A stretch of DNA of 64,000 nucleotides from Bugula neritina (GCA_964035545.1 OZ037772.1:7734889-7798888), one strand, 5' to 3'; shown: positions 16,230 through 43,339, numbered from the stretch's first letter. Made by a program: numbers and translations. The notes: generated from the sequence alone by a model not told the origin.

Positions 16230-19200
16230 GCAAGGTCAAGTAAATAAACAAAATTATAAATCTTCAAAATACAGCATTTTTCAGTTTCATCAAAAAGAGA
16301 CACATTTTTTTTGCAAGTTTCAAGCTATGCTTCATTAGAAAGCATCTAAGACTTCTACATACACACAGTTTTGCTGAATCTTGTAAACTTTATTGTTGCA
16401 GGACTGCCAGAAACCAATGAGTGCAATAACAAAAACGAACCCAATTAGTCCGTTTAATTAAATCAATTTGAGTATAAAAGCTTTTATTTGATGACCTTCT
16501 TTCTGACAACCTAGCTACAGTCATGCATGAAGTTTTGACACCTTGAGATACGTTTTGCATTTTTGATCCGTAGCCTAACAAAATTTTGTTCTCTAAGTAC
16601 TTGAAAGAATTATTATTAACTTCATGTTATTGCTTGCAGTTTATGTAATCATTTTTTCATTTAAATAAATTGATCAAAATTTTCGTACACGTCTTTAATC
16701 TTTGGTATAATATAATAATTCTCAGTTGATGAAACCTTATAAGTTAGCAAAAAAAATTGACTAAAAAAACTAAATTCAAGTGTTCTCAGAAACTTGCAAA
16801 AGCAAGTGAATTCACTTAATTTTACACACATTTGTAATTTTCAGTTTGTTGCGATTTCTTTACAATTTAGACCTTAATGTATTTGGTTGTTTGCATAAAA
16901 ATTATTAAAATGTTAACAAACACAATTAAATGGTCAAGCTTTGTTTTAATTTTTTTTTTCAAAAGATTTTTTTTTATTCACGTAGTTTTAAGTCGCAGGG
17001 AAAGGATTTAATTACACAGTAAGTTATTACATAATAAATGACATATTAACTTTGAAAACAATCCAAGGCTACAGGTTTAACAACAATTACCTGATAATCT
17101 TCAACTGTTCAGTTGCATATGCAACATTTTAGAAATTACTCTATGACTACTTGAAGTTATGATAGACATTCACTAATATAAATGCACAAAAATGTAAAAT
17201 TGGTAATAATTTGAGGTCAGTGTGAAACATGATGTTGTGCTTGCTTTCAAACAGCAAAGAAAATGTAACTTTTTAAAATTAGTGAATTGATGTAAGAAAA
17301 TGCCTAAGTGTAAATTGTTGCAACGTTTTAAGTACATTACTAATTAAAATTCAGTAGGTAAGCTTCAAAGAACTTTAACTGAGGTCAATAATTAGTTTAA
17401 GATGCTAGCTGCATACATAAATGTCATATTAATACGCAAGTATAGTCTAGTGACAACACAGTTAGCAAGTCTTTGATTTAATTTTTTGTATTCTTATAGA
17501 AACATCTTGTAAAAGATATCTGGTATTTTGTTTGAACAATGTTGTTTATGACAAAAAACTTTTTTATTTCAAGTTACCACAAGGTGCTGGAATTTAAATG
17601 TATTTTTCTAATTTTGATATAGGCCTAAAGAAGTTTTGTTAACACCTACTTGTTTCCTCAAAAATTGTGTAACAGCAGCAGTCTTTCCTTATTTTCTTCT
17701 AAACTGCTATTACATAACTAAAAGTACAGTACATCTACTACTTTGATAATGCATCGAATGCAAGCATAAACACATGCATTTATTTCTGTATGATATCCAG
17801 ATAAACATATGTATGTTTGTGTGCATCCTTATGCTTATGACTTAATTTGTTTCATTTTTATTGAACTTATGGTGAAATTCGATCTATTTTAGAATGAAAA
17901 GTCACCTGAAGAAATTGAAGAAGTTAGGAATAAACTGCATTGAAAGATGATTAAAGGCTGTGACATATATCTGCATGGTACCATTTTACCAAGTTCATCA
18001 AGTACATGATGTCCAGTTTGCTAATTTTTCTATCATGTTTTTGTTTGTGCAAATTCTAAGTCATCAAAATAAACAAAAAATGCAAAACTTGTTGTTTTTA
18101 GTTAAAAATAACTTTTTCTTTGTGAGAATAGATAAATCTGCACACTAAAACTTTCACATTAAATCTTGTACACAATGTAATGTAATTATTAAATATTACT
18201 AATACTTTAGTTTCTAAAATTCTAGCCAAAAAGTTCTATATATGCAATGTTTCTTAGCAATTTTTTTCCTCTGAGACATTAAAAAAAACACAAACATACT
18301 TTTGTTGGACCTTATGTAATAAAAGAAAGATCAGAAAGTTTTTCAGCTGCCCTTTGTATTTTTTACAAGTAGAAACTAAACTAATACGTAGGTTACATTG
18401 CTACTCTTTAGACTTTCTTGGTGGCTTTAACTATAGGTTTCTTAGTATACTAGGTAATATATATATATATAGTATATATTATAGTATCCTCCATAGAACG
18501 ATGGTAGTTTAATGCTTTGATTTATCTAATGCAATGCTTCCAGTATATTACATAAACATTCAGCGGCATTTCATGCTTTCAGTATTCTTTTATAAAATTC
18601 TATAAATAACTCGCACAAGTTTATAATCACCATCCTTATGAAATACCTCAGATAGAAAGGGTTTTTGTTAAAGTTTGCTATAAAGACTCATTAAATTAGC
18701 CACAGGAGCAATTATGAATGGATGATTTCCCTAACATCACCAATGGCCTTTGTTTAGGCTCGAACCCATGACCTCCTGTTTAATTGGCAAAAATTCTAAC
18801 CCCTAGACTAGACAGATACAGTTTATGTTTGTTTGTTTTTACTTTACAGTTTCATCATCAAAAAATAAGCTTTTTGGTGCGTCATAGCTTCTGTAAACTT
18901 TGAAAAAGTTATGTATCATAAATTGAATTCAACAATTCAACACCCTCTAACCATGGTGGAAAGTGTCTTCTAAAAAAATTATTGGCAATTTATTTTTGGG
19001 GGAAAATGTAGTGTTTAACCGCACTCTATCTAAAAAAAGATACTGAGGCTTTTTTTTGGCTTAGGATTAACAGATAACATTTGCATTGAAGAAATTAACT
19101 TTAAATTGATTATTGTACTTCATGTGTCACTAGTATAACTCAATGCTAAGAAAATTTTTTTACAATAATGTGTTGAAATATTTAAGTTGTTGAATTCCAT

Positions 19201-19317
19201 AAAACATACGATTGTTTTACTAACTTAATAACTTGTTTAAAACAGAATCAAATTGATCTCCTTGAAAAATCCAACAAAGTTCCTAAGAATTTTGGTAGCT
19301 ATGACTACTGAGAAAAT

Positions 19318-19368
19318 ATGAGTGGGTTGATCTTCATAGTAAGTAACCTGTTGCTGTGCGTATAGGTG

Positions 19369-19453
<85 letters not shown>

Positions 19454-19470
19454 GTATATATATTTATATT

Positions 19471-19565
<95 letters not shown>

Positions 19566-21005
19566 ATATATATATGTTTATATGTTTGCATTCTAGATTT
19601 TCGCCAAGCTATATCTTTGTGTGTCTGGTGAAGTGCTGTTTAAAGATCAAATCTCAGGGTATGACATTAGAAATGACATGTTATGACGTAGCTAATGTCC
19701 TGGATAGTCCCATTTAGTATACATTGCCATATGAAAAAAATTGCCTAATGCATCTATAGTAAATAAAAATTCCATTGTAAATTAAAAATAACGTGCTTAC
19801 GGAGTCATGCTGGTAAATCACTTAGCAGATTTCTTAGAAAATTCACTGTTTAAAACGACTTATTCACAATTAATTGCTACACTGTTTTCAGTTTAAAGAT
19901 TCTCAGCGTAACCCAAGTCAAACAATCTAACACTGAGCGTGAACGGGATTTTACCGCTGTAACAAAAGACAAACATCGTAGGGGTGTTTACTTGGTAAGC
20001 TACAATCGAGTGATCTATGAAACCAGAGACTTCAAGACTTTTAACTACATTGCTGGCACATACTTGCTAAATAGTTATGCTACGGGAGATTTACCTACAT
20101 TTGGTAGCGTCACTGGGTTGCTCACGCCTACTATGTATCCAGGAGTAATTTTAGTAGTAGACTGCATATTTCACTGCATTAGAAGACTGGTTTATGATGG
20201 TATAATATATCGAGATATGGAGTTTGCGGGAAGCTGCACAAAAAGAGGCTCTGTGGATGGTCCTGTTGACAGTGCAACACTGTCTGAACCAGTAGAATTA
20301 ATGGAAATATCTAAAAATGACATCCTTTTTGTAGAAAGACGTAAAATAAGACGTTTGTATTATGAAATAAACATTTGGCACGTAAAAACAGTAGAAGTGG
20401 TTGACCAAGACATAGTTGGAATGACTGCTCATCCTACAACTAACTCAATTTACATAGCATTCAAATCTAGTTTAGGAATCTTTGAAAATAATAAGCTAAG
20501 GTTACCAATAAAGAATCTGAGAACTGGACACAGTGATGGATATCTTTTTTATGCAAAAATCCAAAGTTTTAAGGATTTAGTTTTTGTGAATGACAAAGTT
20601 CTTTTATTGACTGACCAGAGCAACCACGTGCTGAGGATGGTGAACCTCGTCGATTATACCATTTTCACCATTTGCGCTGCTCCTCCATATAATCAACCTG
20701 AAAGCACATCTATTGCTCTGTGTAGATTGACATACCCGCGCCTTTTGCAAGTAGATGAGAGTGATAAAACAGTGTATATACTTGGAGCTGATGGTGTTAA
20801 CAAACTGAAATACAAAAGTAAGTAGCCAGAGAGACATTTGCTAAATTAAATAATATCTGTTATACTTCGTGAGCTGCTTCATTACCACTTATCATTAATG
20901 ATACCTTTACTATTACACACACATGCGCACGACTGTCTAATTATACACATGTTTTTATATGCAGTAAATAATATTACAATAATTATATACATATATATAT
21001 GTATA

Positions 21006-21081
<76 letters not shown>

Positions 21082-22260
21082 TTTTTTACTGGTTTATACA
21101 TATAAGGAATACTTTTTTTCCCAAGTACTCATATGTTTGTTATCAGCCTATATATCAGCCACTACTACTTTGGTATCGATGGCTTCCAGCATATCTCCAA
21201 GCACTGGGCTCTTCATAGCAAGCATCACGTTGATGTTGGTGTTGATCACTCAAGACGAATCAAGAAAATTAGTGAGTAACAAACTTACTCATTGCAGCAA
21301 ATTTGGTAAAAGTCACTATCAAAACAAATGTTATAGTTTAGTAGCATGATCAAAGTGATCATATTGTTTGTCTTCAAAGTCTCGTAAATGCTTGAATTAA
21401 TTTTTTTAAAATGGTTGTTAGTTGATTTGATAGTGATTTACAGGAAACTTTGATTTTTCAAATATTTTTATGATATTTGTAATTTCTAGTGTATCTCTAA
21501 CCGGTATTTTTTATATTTGCTACTCTTTTGACTAATATAAGTGCAAGGAAATGTGTCTCACATCTAATAAAAATACTAATTCAGTCTCAGTTTGCAACAT
21601 GGCATTGTGTCTGCTTTCAAACAGAAAAAAAAAAATTTTTTTTAGTTACTGAATTTAGGTAGGAAGATGCTTATATATTCATACCTTTTGCAATGTTTTC
21701 AACTGTGGTTTTACTTAAGATACAGTAAGTAAATTTTGAAGAATTTTTATTGCGCTAACAACTAGGTTCAGGGTGTTAATAATATCCATATATGTCACGT
21801 TGATAAGAAAATTAATTCTTGTAACTACACTGCAATTAGCAAGTCTTTGGTTTGGTAAAATATTAGGAGGAACACGTCGTAACATATGTTGTGATATTTG
21901 ATTAAACATTAATGTTGATGACAAAAAATGCTTTGTTTTTAAGTTACCACAATGTCTTGGCATTTCGATAAACATTTTTTAATATTGCATATATAGCTTG
22001 TTTCCTCAAGTATTTGCTAACTGCAGTTGGTTTTCCTAAATAAAATTTAAACTGCTGTTAGTGATTTAAATGCAAGCATAAACACCTGAACCCATGTCTT
22101 TATACCATAGCGATATCCAGACATAAATATGTGTGTTTGTTTGCATGCTTATGCTTGTGGCTATCAATATTTTTTATTTTATTTTTGATAAACATGTTGT
22201 TGAATTTGATCTTTTTAGAATGAAAATTTACTAGAAAAAATCGAAGAAGTTAAGGAGTGA
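19318..22260 (+). CDS. Gene 4: NHL-propeller protein with shortened stalk and a TM shortened by a frameshift
   Basis: Exons 19318-19338, 19597-19658, 19892-20817 (intact NHL; the ORF-track start at 19992 is internal), 21147-21271 (a net 16-nt deletion gives [21 protein letters not shown] and makes the donor phase 0), and predicted last exon 22219-22260 ([13 protein letters not shown], phase 0). Confidence 0.72.
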
Positions 22261-23015
22261 CTCAGATAGAAAGATGATTAAAGGCTGCGATATATGTGTT
22301 ACCATTTTACTATATTTATCATTTCTAAAATTCTAATGCCTTCATTATTAAAGCAGAGATTAGTTATAAAAACAGCTATATAACACTCATGTTTATTATA
22401 TATAGGCTCTACAAGCAATATAGTTATGATCAATATAATATTTATTGAAATATGCATTTCAGGAAATTCATAGTAATAATATGGTAATTTTACATTTGCA
22501 AAGCAAAAGGTTTTTAAACTAAACATGTTTCGTGATTTTTCAATTAAAATCTAAAGTGCAGTTTCACACATTTACCCATCTAAAAAAAATGTTTGACTGC
22601 AGTGTTTAAAACCCCTCTTAGCTGGTGCTGAAAGTATATGAAAAATACTAAATTGCTATATAACATATGCGCTGTCTATAATCTCTCAACAGTGTCGGTT
22701 AGCAATAAACTTCTTTTGCTTTTTCAAAGATTATTTAGAAAAACTGTTATAGAACACATAAGAAAACATTTCACATTCTTGCAAAATCAGCAGCCTACTG
22801 CAGCAGCTTCCTTACAAAAACAGTCTGGGAGCTTGAATCTATGCTAGATATTTAGTAAATACACCAGAGCTTCATATGTGCTGCACACTGAAAATACTTG
22901 CTGGCCTGTAATCGGCAACTGTAGAGAAGTGGCTATTGCTACATGCTCTAGTACATACTAAAGAAGAAGAAGTAAGAGGTAAAAGGTTTATATTCGACTG
23001 CTACTGCTAAGCCTA

Positions 23016-23349
23016 GGGCCACACGGTGCGTATTTTCGCATGCGAAAATTGAAATCACAAGTAGCAAAGGTGTCCACCGCACGCGTTGAGAAAACATTCG
23101 CACTTGTCGCTCAGCATTCTCAACGCAAGTGCGAATCGTCTCTGTCGTCGTCACCTAATTGGCTGGTAGTTATTCAGCGAGCCCAATTTCTTCATTTTAG
23201 TGCTACATTCCAGTAAATTGCGTTTTATTGAAAGCAAGTGCGATTTAAAAATGAAAGCTTTATTTATCACGCATCACTGACGCTACAGTGGACACCTTTG
23301 CTACTTGCAAATTAAATTTTTGCCGTCAAAAATACGCACAGTGTGAGCC
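23016..23349. mobile_element. MITE family A (TIR GGGCCACACTGTGCGTATTT), copy 1
   Basis: Long imperfect terminal inverted repeats including CAAGTAGCAAAGGTGTCCAC / GTGGACACCTTTGCTACTTG, flanked by CTA / TAG. A second copy lies at 27970-28359. Confidence 0.8.
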
Positions 23350-24260
23350 TAGGCTAAGAGTATTAAGGTCAAATGTATCAAATTTATATTAATTAACAAA
23401 CCCTAAATAACTTTCTTTAGTTTGCTTTTATATTCTTTGTATTCTGCTTATAATCCTTACAACTCCAAATGCTCACTAATTGGCTTGCCACGTTGCTATT
23501 CTCTAGACTGTTCTTTTGGTGGCTTCGGCTTCTGTGACTGGACAATTTTTTTTCTACACTTGCAGCAGGGCACGCTGTCAAGAGTATGGGCAGTCAGTTA
23601 TAGTTTTTCAATACAACACTCTCAGCAATGTAGTTGAGTGGCATCTTATGCATTGTGTAATGTTTTTATAAAAAACTTTCATCACACAAATGAATTTTTT
23701 GCTTGTTTAGCAAAGGTAACTTCATGTCACAGTCTCATAATGAAAATTCTGCATCATGTGTATTGGATAATGTAATCTGAAAATAAAACTTGAAGACATT
23801 ATTGTTTATAAAATGAAGTTGAGAACTTTTATCGAGCAAGATAATCTGAAGTACTCTTTGACCATGGTGAAAACCTGTTTTCTAAAAGGGCTATAGTAAT
23901 TTCTTTTTGCTGCACAATGCAGTGTATAACCACATTTTTTTTATCTCAAAAAAATAATTACCAACACTTTCACTGGCCTAAGTTCAACAGCATTAACCAA
24001 ATAGATATTTACATAGCATGAACTGTCTTCAATGTTCTGTAGTTCATGTACCTCACTAACAGAACTCACTGCTAAAGGAAAACTATAATATTATTTGTTT
24101 ACAATATGTTGAAATATTTAAATTATTGAATTCCATAATAAATATGATTGTTTTCTAAGCCTAGCAATTTATTTTTAACATAGTCAAAGCAAAATATTTT
24201 AGTCTTGAGAAAAATTCAACCAAGTTCTGAATTTGTTATGGCTTTGACCTTCGAGATAAA

Positions 24261-27320
<3,060 letters not shown>

Positions 27321-27969
27321 ACTAATAGAAAAGTACAAGTTTGAACTTTTAACAAGGGTCACCTGAGTCTTTTCAACTGTTTTATAGCTGCACGTGAGAT
27401 TTTAGCAATAACTCTATAACTACTTGAAGTCATACTAGACATCCACTAACATAAGTGCAAGTCAATGTGATTCACATCTAATAATAATAATAATAAAAAT
27501 AATAATATTTCAGGCTCAGTTTGCAATGTGATGTTGTGCCTGCTTTCAAACAGAAAAAAAGTGTTTTTCTGCTCAGTTTATGAATTTATATAAAAAATGT
27601 TCCTATAGGTCTAAACTTTTGCAATGTTTTTAATGTGTTTTTATTTAAAGTACAGCCAGTAAATTTCAAAAATTTTCAATTGGGTCAAAAAATTGGTCAG
27701 CAAGTAAATTCTTGTGACTATACACAGTTGAAAAGTTTTTGATTTAGTAACATACTAGCCTACAAGAAACACGCTGTAAAAAATTTTGTGATATTTTATT
27801 AAACATTAATGTTGATGACAAAAAGGATTTGGATTCTAAGTTTCCATAATGTGTGGGCATTTCAATAAACTTTTTTTATTTCAGTCATATATAGCTTATT
27901 TCATAAATTATTAACTATAAATGCAGTTGTTTTTCTGATTATAGCCTAAACTGTTATCATGTAAGTGTT

Positions 27970-28359
27970 GGGCCATATTGTGCGTATTTCGCAGGCAAAC
28001 ATTTAAACCACAAGTAGAAAATGTGTCCACTGTATGCATTGAAAAAAACATTTGCATTTGTCACTCAGCATTCTGAACACAAGAGCGAATCGTCTCTGTC
28101 ATTGCCAACTAATTGGCTGGTATAGTTATTCAGAGAGCCTGCTTTTTTCAGTAAATTGAATTTTATTGAAAGCGAATTGAAAACTAAAACCTAATTAATT
28201 CAGCACGTGTAGCCATAGCAACAAGGTGAGCAGTAAAGTTAAATGAAGATATTATTAGCTGGTTATAGTTTTTCGATTTTACCTACACTACAGTGGACAC
28301 CTTTTTCTACTTGCATGCAGTTTAAATTTTCGCTGTCAAAAATACGCACAGTGTGGCCC
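27970..28359. mobile_element. MITE family A, copy 2
   Basis: Homologous to 23016-23349 and interrupts sequence that is contiguous in paralogous units. Confidence 0.78.
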
Positions 28360-31011
28360 TAGGCTAACTAAGTAGATATGTGGCTTCAATAATGTTTTAA
28401 ATGTATGCGTCCACTTGCACACATGTATAATTTATATCTGTATGGTATACGAACATATGTATGTTTGTGTGCATGCTTATGTTAATAGGTATTATTATGT
28501 TTTACTTTTATAAAACTTGTGGTTGAATTTTATATATTTTAGATTGAACATTCACTTGAAGAATTTAAGGAGTAGAAAAAATTAAAAGAGCATTAGAAGC
28601 TTCAATCTATCTGTTACCATGTTTATCATGTCAATGGTGACCAATTTGTGAATTTTTTATTTGATATTTTTGCTTGCAAAATTTTAAGTTATTATTTTAA
28701 ACAAAAAATGCAAATTTTGTTGCTTTCTAGCCAAAACATTATTTTATATAGCCTTAAAATAGAGAATTCAAGTTTATAGAAAGTCTTCCAACTAGTGTAA
28801 TCTGCATCAGCAATTATTTGGTGATTTTAAATCCTTGATTTGTTCTAATGCAAACTTGTACACAATGTAATTAATAAATTTATTCTTAATACTGTAGTCA
28901 CTGAAATTCCTGCCAAGAAGCTATACATATGCATTGTTACTTAGCAATTTCAATTTCTACAAAACATTTAGAAAAATGCATGCATACTTTTTTGGAGAGC
29001 ATATAATAAGATTGACAAAACGCAATAATTTTTTTAGTAAAATAATCTTTATACTGGCATATATGTTTGTAATGTGACAGCTTGTTGTACAAGCTACACA
29101 AGCCACATATTGTTTAACCTACATTTTCAAAAAAACACCTTTATTCCAAATAGGTTAAATTTGGAGATCAGAGAAAACAGGAAAATGAGCTGATTATTAC
29201 AAAACAACTTTTATAAAAATAAAAAAGTTTTGGAATAATAAAAAATTAGGTTTATGTAGTAGACAATTCCAGAGACTACAAGAGTTGAGAAAACATGTAG
29301 AGGGCTAAACAGCAAGCTATAAATACATTAATTGCAAAAAAAAAGTTTACGAATGGCAAAAAAATTGTAAAAATGTAAATTTAACTTCATTCTTCAGATG
29401 ATCCTTGACGTTTTAAGTAAAATTGATGACTCTTGCACTACTTAGAAGTTTTTTTTCTAGAGCTGGTCGCTTTTTAGCATTTAATTACTGCAGTGCCCAT
29501 ACATAATATATGTGTGAAGCTGGGTATCTGGGTCATATGTTTTCTGGAAATAAAGCTGATTCGGCACGCTAACGAAAATGATATAATATATCTGGAGTTA
29601 TTAAACAATATATTATATTGTTCAATAATTCCAGAATATTAGCATTATTGGTAAATTTTTTACAAAAATTTCAAATGCAAGAAACTGTTTTCAATAAAGG
29701 ATTCACAGTCAGGATAATTTATTCAGTCGTTATTTATATGCACATCGAAATTAACAAAGATGTTGAAGTTGCAATACTTTGATTGGATTTATCAAATAAT
29801 GCTACTAGTCATTACCATTTAGATTTTTATTATTTAAATAACAGGTTTGGGAAGCCTAGTAAAATAGCTGATTTAGCTGAAAATTCAATATCGTTTAACT
29901 TTAAAAGAACATTTCATTATATAAAGCGCTTTCAAAATTAAAATAAATATGTAGCCAAAGGGCCGTCGTAACTTTTTAAAAATAAGATCAGAAACAATGC
30001 CAAAAATGTTCACACTAAACTCAATTGAGCCCCAAAATGGAGTAACTTCGAAGGTGGTTGTGTAAAAATTACGATGTATAAGTCCAAGAAGTAAAAATAT
30101 TATGTTTCAAACAATTGGAAAAGTTCTTAGGCTATTTGGTTAAAAACTCGAAGTTTAGCATAAAAGCCATTTTTGGTATTATAGCCAACGTGACATATAT
30201 GTTTTTTTTGATTCGTTGATAAAATAACATATAATATGATCCCTTGATAGCTTAAGGTTTAATGCCACATTGCCCTTCTCTGAACATAACTTTTTGTAGA
30301 TTTGGCAAATCCCTGCATGCAATGAGAAATAATAGCTTTCTTAGGGCACTAGCTGCTATATGCGCATTGTCATAATAGGATATAATACCCTGTCAGGATT
30401 AACAGTAGTGTGTTTTAATATATCTAATATAGTGCTTCCTGTATATTGCATAAACCTTTAGCTGCATCCTTTACATTTTGCAATTTTTATAAAAAAAATT
30501 TTGTTTTTACTTTACATTTGATTATTATCAAATGTTTTTCTAGTCTTTAGTGCAACATGGTCATTAGTTTTTGTAAATTTAAAAAATATTATCTTTTATA
30601 AATTAAATTAAACCAAATTTTATGGAGCAAAAAATCTGAAGTACCTTTTGACCATGGTGAAAAATTTCATCGACAGAAGTGAACGGTAACTTCATTTTGT
30701 TGTACAATGCAATTTACAACCTCGTTCTTCTATCTGAAAAAATGCTGACAATTTTATTGGCTTAGGCTTAACAAATAACATTTAAACTGCAGAAACTACT
30801 TTTAAAATAATTATTGTACTTTAACACATCACTGCAAGAAAAAAGTATTTGAAATAATGTGTTAAAATATTTTAATTATTAAATTCCATAATAAATACTA
30901 TTATTGTTTTTCAAACCTAACAACTTATTTCAAATGGAATCAAAAGAAGGATTTTGAGAAAAACTCCAATGATGAGCAAATACTGTTTGTAGCTATGACC
31001 AGTGAAAAAAT

Positions 31012-38946
<7,935 letters not shown>

Positions 38947-41092
38947 TTGTGGAATTTCCTGCAACATCTGCTGGAGAAATCCCAACACGATTTCCGTGGA
39001 TTTCCCAGCGTGTACAGTTAAAAAATTCCTGCTCAAGGCACTCATGATGCAATCACAAATTCAAGCTATTTTACTTTCAATGCTTTATGTTCAATCTTTC
39101 TTCAATAATTTCTTAAAATTTATGTCTGTTCGTAAAGTAATTCTGAGAAACTAAATAAGTAAATTTTGTTTAAACTAAAATATGTTTAAATAAAACACAA
39201 TAAAAATTATGTAATTTTACGAGTTACATGCAATTTTGTATTTTCATGAAAACTTTTTAAGTATTGTATACATTGAGTTTACAACTTTTTGGTTTTGCAA
39301 TGATTAACACCTTTGTTCTTCCAATTAATCATTTTCAAACAGATGAACATGAACATTTTCTAAAACCCAAACTGTGATTAACGCAGAATCTCCGTCACCT
39401 ATAACAATCAACACCATAATTTTCAGATTAGAATTTTTGATTTAATGAAGGGAATCCAAGTGTCCTGTGTATAAAATGCACAACAACAAAAAAATTAATG
39501 AAATTATATTGAGAATAGGAAATACTAGCATAATTAAGTGATCTTGCGCAATAGAATATGCATCACTTGTGGTATTCTAGTAAAAGTCAAATGCAAGGCG
39601 CATCCTGCTACTACAGCCACTGCTTTACTGTATGATGCTGAGACCTGGAAGATACAGAATGAGTAAATAACCAAACTGCGAGCATAATATGTCATTTAAC
39701 ATTTACAATTAACACATCATGCGTATTTGATAGCGGGACAAGACTACTAACCAAAGAATTTTAAAGAATTAGGCAAGTTTGTTCTAGATTCTGAGATATA
39801 TCTTTATTCAATATAAATTGCTACAGCTGGAAAATGCCAAGAGGTCATCATTTAACATCTTCATCTATACAATGTTTTAATTTGTATCTGAAAGAACGTT
39901 CTAGAACAAACTTATTATAACACTGTCTGATAAGAAGTAAATGAGTATAACTGATTCAGGACGGGTTTATTTAACTCAATATCTCAAGTTCTTAGCTATA
40001 TTTAACAACTTTTCTGCCAATGTATGCATGTTTTCTTGCCCTAAACTAATAGAATAGTAAAAATTATTACAGCTGAACGTTCTTTTCTCAAACAGGGTTG
40101 TTTTTTTTCAAATTCTCAAATAATTTTTTTTTATACATGTGCAGACATGTGATAAGCTTTTCATCACATTAGCACATTTATATTTAGTTCATATAGCATT
40201 GCGGTGTGACCTAATGGTAAAGAATTCCTTCCAGGTGTTTTTGTTAAGCATAATAACAATCAGCACACAACTAAACAACATAATAAATTTTATGCTAATT
40301 TTATTGTTAGGTCATAATTTGCTGATGTGTACTAAAAAAAGGTAGAATGACTCACATACGCTACCGTATGACTGTGCCGCTGGGATATTAACAATAGCAG
40401 TGCTGAGACTTACAGTATATAGCTTACATAGGTAGTTTACTGTACAACAGCTGATATAAAACAGCATCAAAAAAACAATATGCAGAAAGTAAAAAAGACA
40501 ACTCCTTGACCAGAATAAAAAAATTTATTCACAGCACAGACAAAGCCCAATCCTTTTCAAAATTAACTTTTTTACAAGCAGACGTACTCATTGAAAATGT
40601 GTAACAAATCAATGCTAAGGAAATTCCTTGAGAAGAGCCAGCCAAATTTTGCATTCATACAATTATAGGAAGCAAATATCACAAGCAATTTTGCTATTCG
40701 TATGTATATATTTTATTAAACAATTACAGTTAAACATTACTATCTATATTTTATTGTTCATTGCTTTTGCACAATGCTAACGGACAATCTAGTTTTCACT
40801 ATAATTATAATGTTAAAAATTTTGGATTTCGAACGAGCAATTTTTTTCCAATAAAAGTTTAAGATTGATGATGCCAAGTAAAAAAAAGTAGATTGCACAC
40901 ATCTCTAACATAAACTACCACAATATCATATTAAAAAAAGTTCTTAAAAATATTTAGAAGGTATTTGAAATATTGAACACACTTATTCAAAATGATTGTT
41001 GTAGAAGCATAAGATATTTGTTTACCGTTTCTAAGTAAGCAATGTTAATAGTTGAATAAACTTTAATCAGTCCTCACTGATGTCTAGAGAAT

Positions 41093-43289
41093 ATGATCAA
41101 CATAAACTACATAGTAAGTTTAACGTTTTTCTGAAAGTGCAAAGTACAACCCGGAAGCATAATTACTGTATCATATGTGTCAGTTTACTTCATTTAGTAC
41201 ACACCAGCAAATTATGACCTAACATTAAAGTTTGCTCAAAATCCATTGAAATTTACTATACATAGTATTCTTATGTGCTGGTTTTAACTACGCATAACAG
41301 AAGTGGCTTGGAGGGGATTCCCCAACATTAAAGCACATGTTATTGTCATATGCACTTAATATTCTATATGTGCAACCGTTACGAAAAAACCATAACGGTC
41401 GGTAACCAAAACTAGCTGAATAATTAAGGAAAAACATGGAAAATGAAGCAAAATTAAAAAGAACTTTGATTATTTAGGTGTATTCATTGGTGTTTTACTA
41501 GTTTTGGCCAAAAAACCATGTTCATTATCAGCTTAATTGTGAAAAATAGCCAAAAACTGAAGATTTCGAGTGTGTACTAAATTAGGTAAAATGACCCATA
41601 TCTGACCCAGCTGAATATAATGTTTCAACACATGTAACATTGTCACACTGTTGCACTGTCACACACTGTCACACATCATCACACCGTCACACACTATCAC
41701 ACACTTTTACACACTGTTACTACTTCCCTCTGTCACACACAAACACACGCACACACCCATGTACATGCGCCCACGAACAGACACAGACACACAGATATTC
41801 ATCTGCGTGCTTTCTTATTTCAGGTTTTTGCGAATCTACTATTCTGTACGACTGGAGATGTCCTGATAAAAGATCGAGTATCAAAGTAAGAAATGTAAAG
41901 TGTATCACACTTAGTATAAAAAGCAAAATGTGTTGTCATAAAGAAACAATCTTCTATTATAAGTATCATGTCTAAACTTACTCATCTCATGTAGTCCCTT
42001 GGACCAATACACTCATAGTAAATCTAGTAACTTGTGAGTTGAGAACAGATTATTTACAATGTTTGTACAGCCTGCTTATTGACTATTATTCATCTCTTTC
42101 AGTTTATTCAACTTTATTTAAAAATAAAAATAGTTTTTTTGTAAACATGTTATTTACGTCAGCGGCTAAGATTTTCTTATTTTCTTTAGCCTAAAATTGT
42201 TCGACGTTGCAACAATCAAAGAACCCAACCAAATCCCACGTCAAAGTGGTCGGTTTGTCTTTACTGCTGTTACAAAGGATAGAAATAATGAAGGTTCCTA
42301 CCTCTTAAGTGCGGAAGGGGCGGTTTGGAGAACAAACAACTTTATAGATCTTACACTTATTATTGGCACACCCCAAAGTAATCAATACAAAACTGGCAAT
42401 GGTGCTACATATGGTAGCATCACCGGATTAGTCACCCCTACCATTTCCCCAACTACAATCTTTCTGATTGACCAAACCTATCATTGCATTAGAAAACTGA
42501 TCCCGAATCAGAATACTTATGAGGACACCCAATTTGGAGGAAAATGTGGAACCAGTGGTTCCGTGGACGGCACTGCAAACAATGCTCGACTTACCAGCCC
42601 TGGTGACATAATAGAACAGTCGTCAGAAAGCCTGATTTTTTCTGAAATTCGTAAAATAAGACGATTTTATTACAATGCACAAACCGGTTGGCATGTAGAA
42701 ACATTGAAAGTGGTTTACCAAGATATTAGAGGGTTCGCTCTTCCCCCTACATCTGGGAAAATTTACATAGCATTCACAGCTAATTTCAGGGTTTTAGAGA
42801 ATAGTCAACTGACTTTATTAACAAATCAGTTTGGGTATGGCCATGTTGATGGTTCCCTCACCGAATCAAAAGTCCACAATCTTAGGCATATAGTTTGTCT
42901 AACAGACAAACTGCTTTTACTGGCCGACAGCGATAACCATGTGCTAAGGCTGGTAAACCTAGAAGACAATACTATTTCTACTATATGCGCTTCTCCACCG
43001 TATATAGTAACTGAAACTACATCTATTTCTCAATGTAGAATGGTTTTCCCACACTTATTACAAATAGATGAGAAAAACAAAATAGTTTACATATTTGATG
43101 CGAATGGTGTCAAGAAGTTGACATATGACTGTGAGTAATATTAACATAAATATATTTAAGATGATATTTGAAATTATACATATGTGTGTGTGCGTGTGTG
43201 CGTGTGTGCGTGTGTGCGTGTGTGCGTGTGTGCGTGTGTGCGTGTGTGCGTGTGTGCGTGTGTGCGTGTGTGCGTGCGTGCGTGCGTGC

Positions 43290-43339
<50 letters not shown>

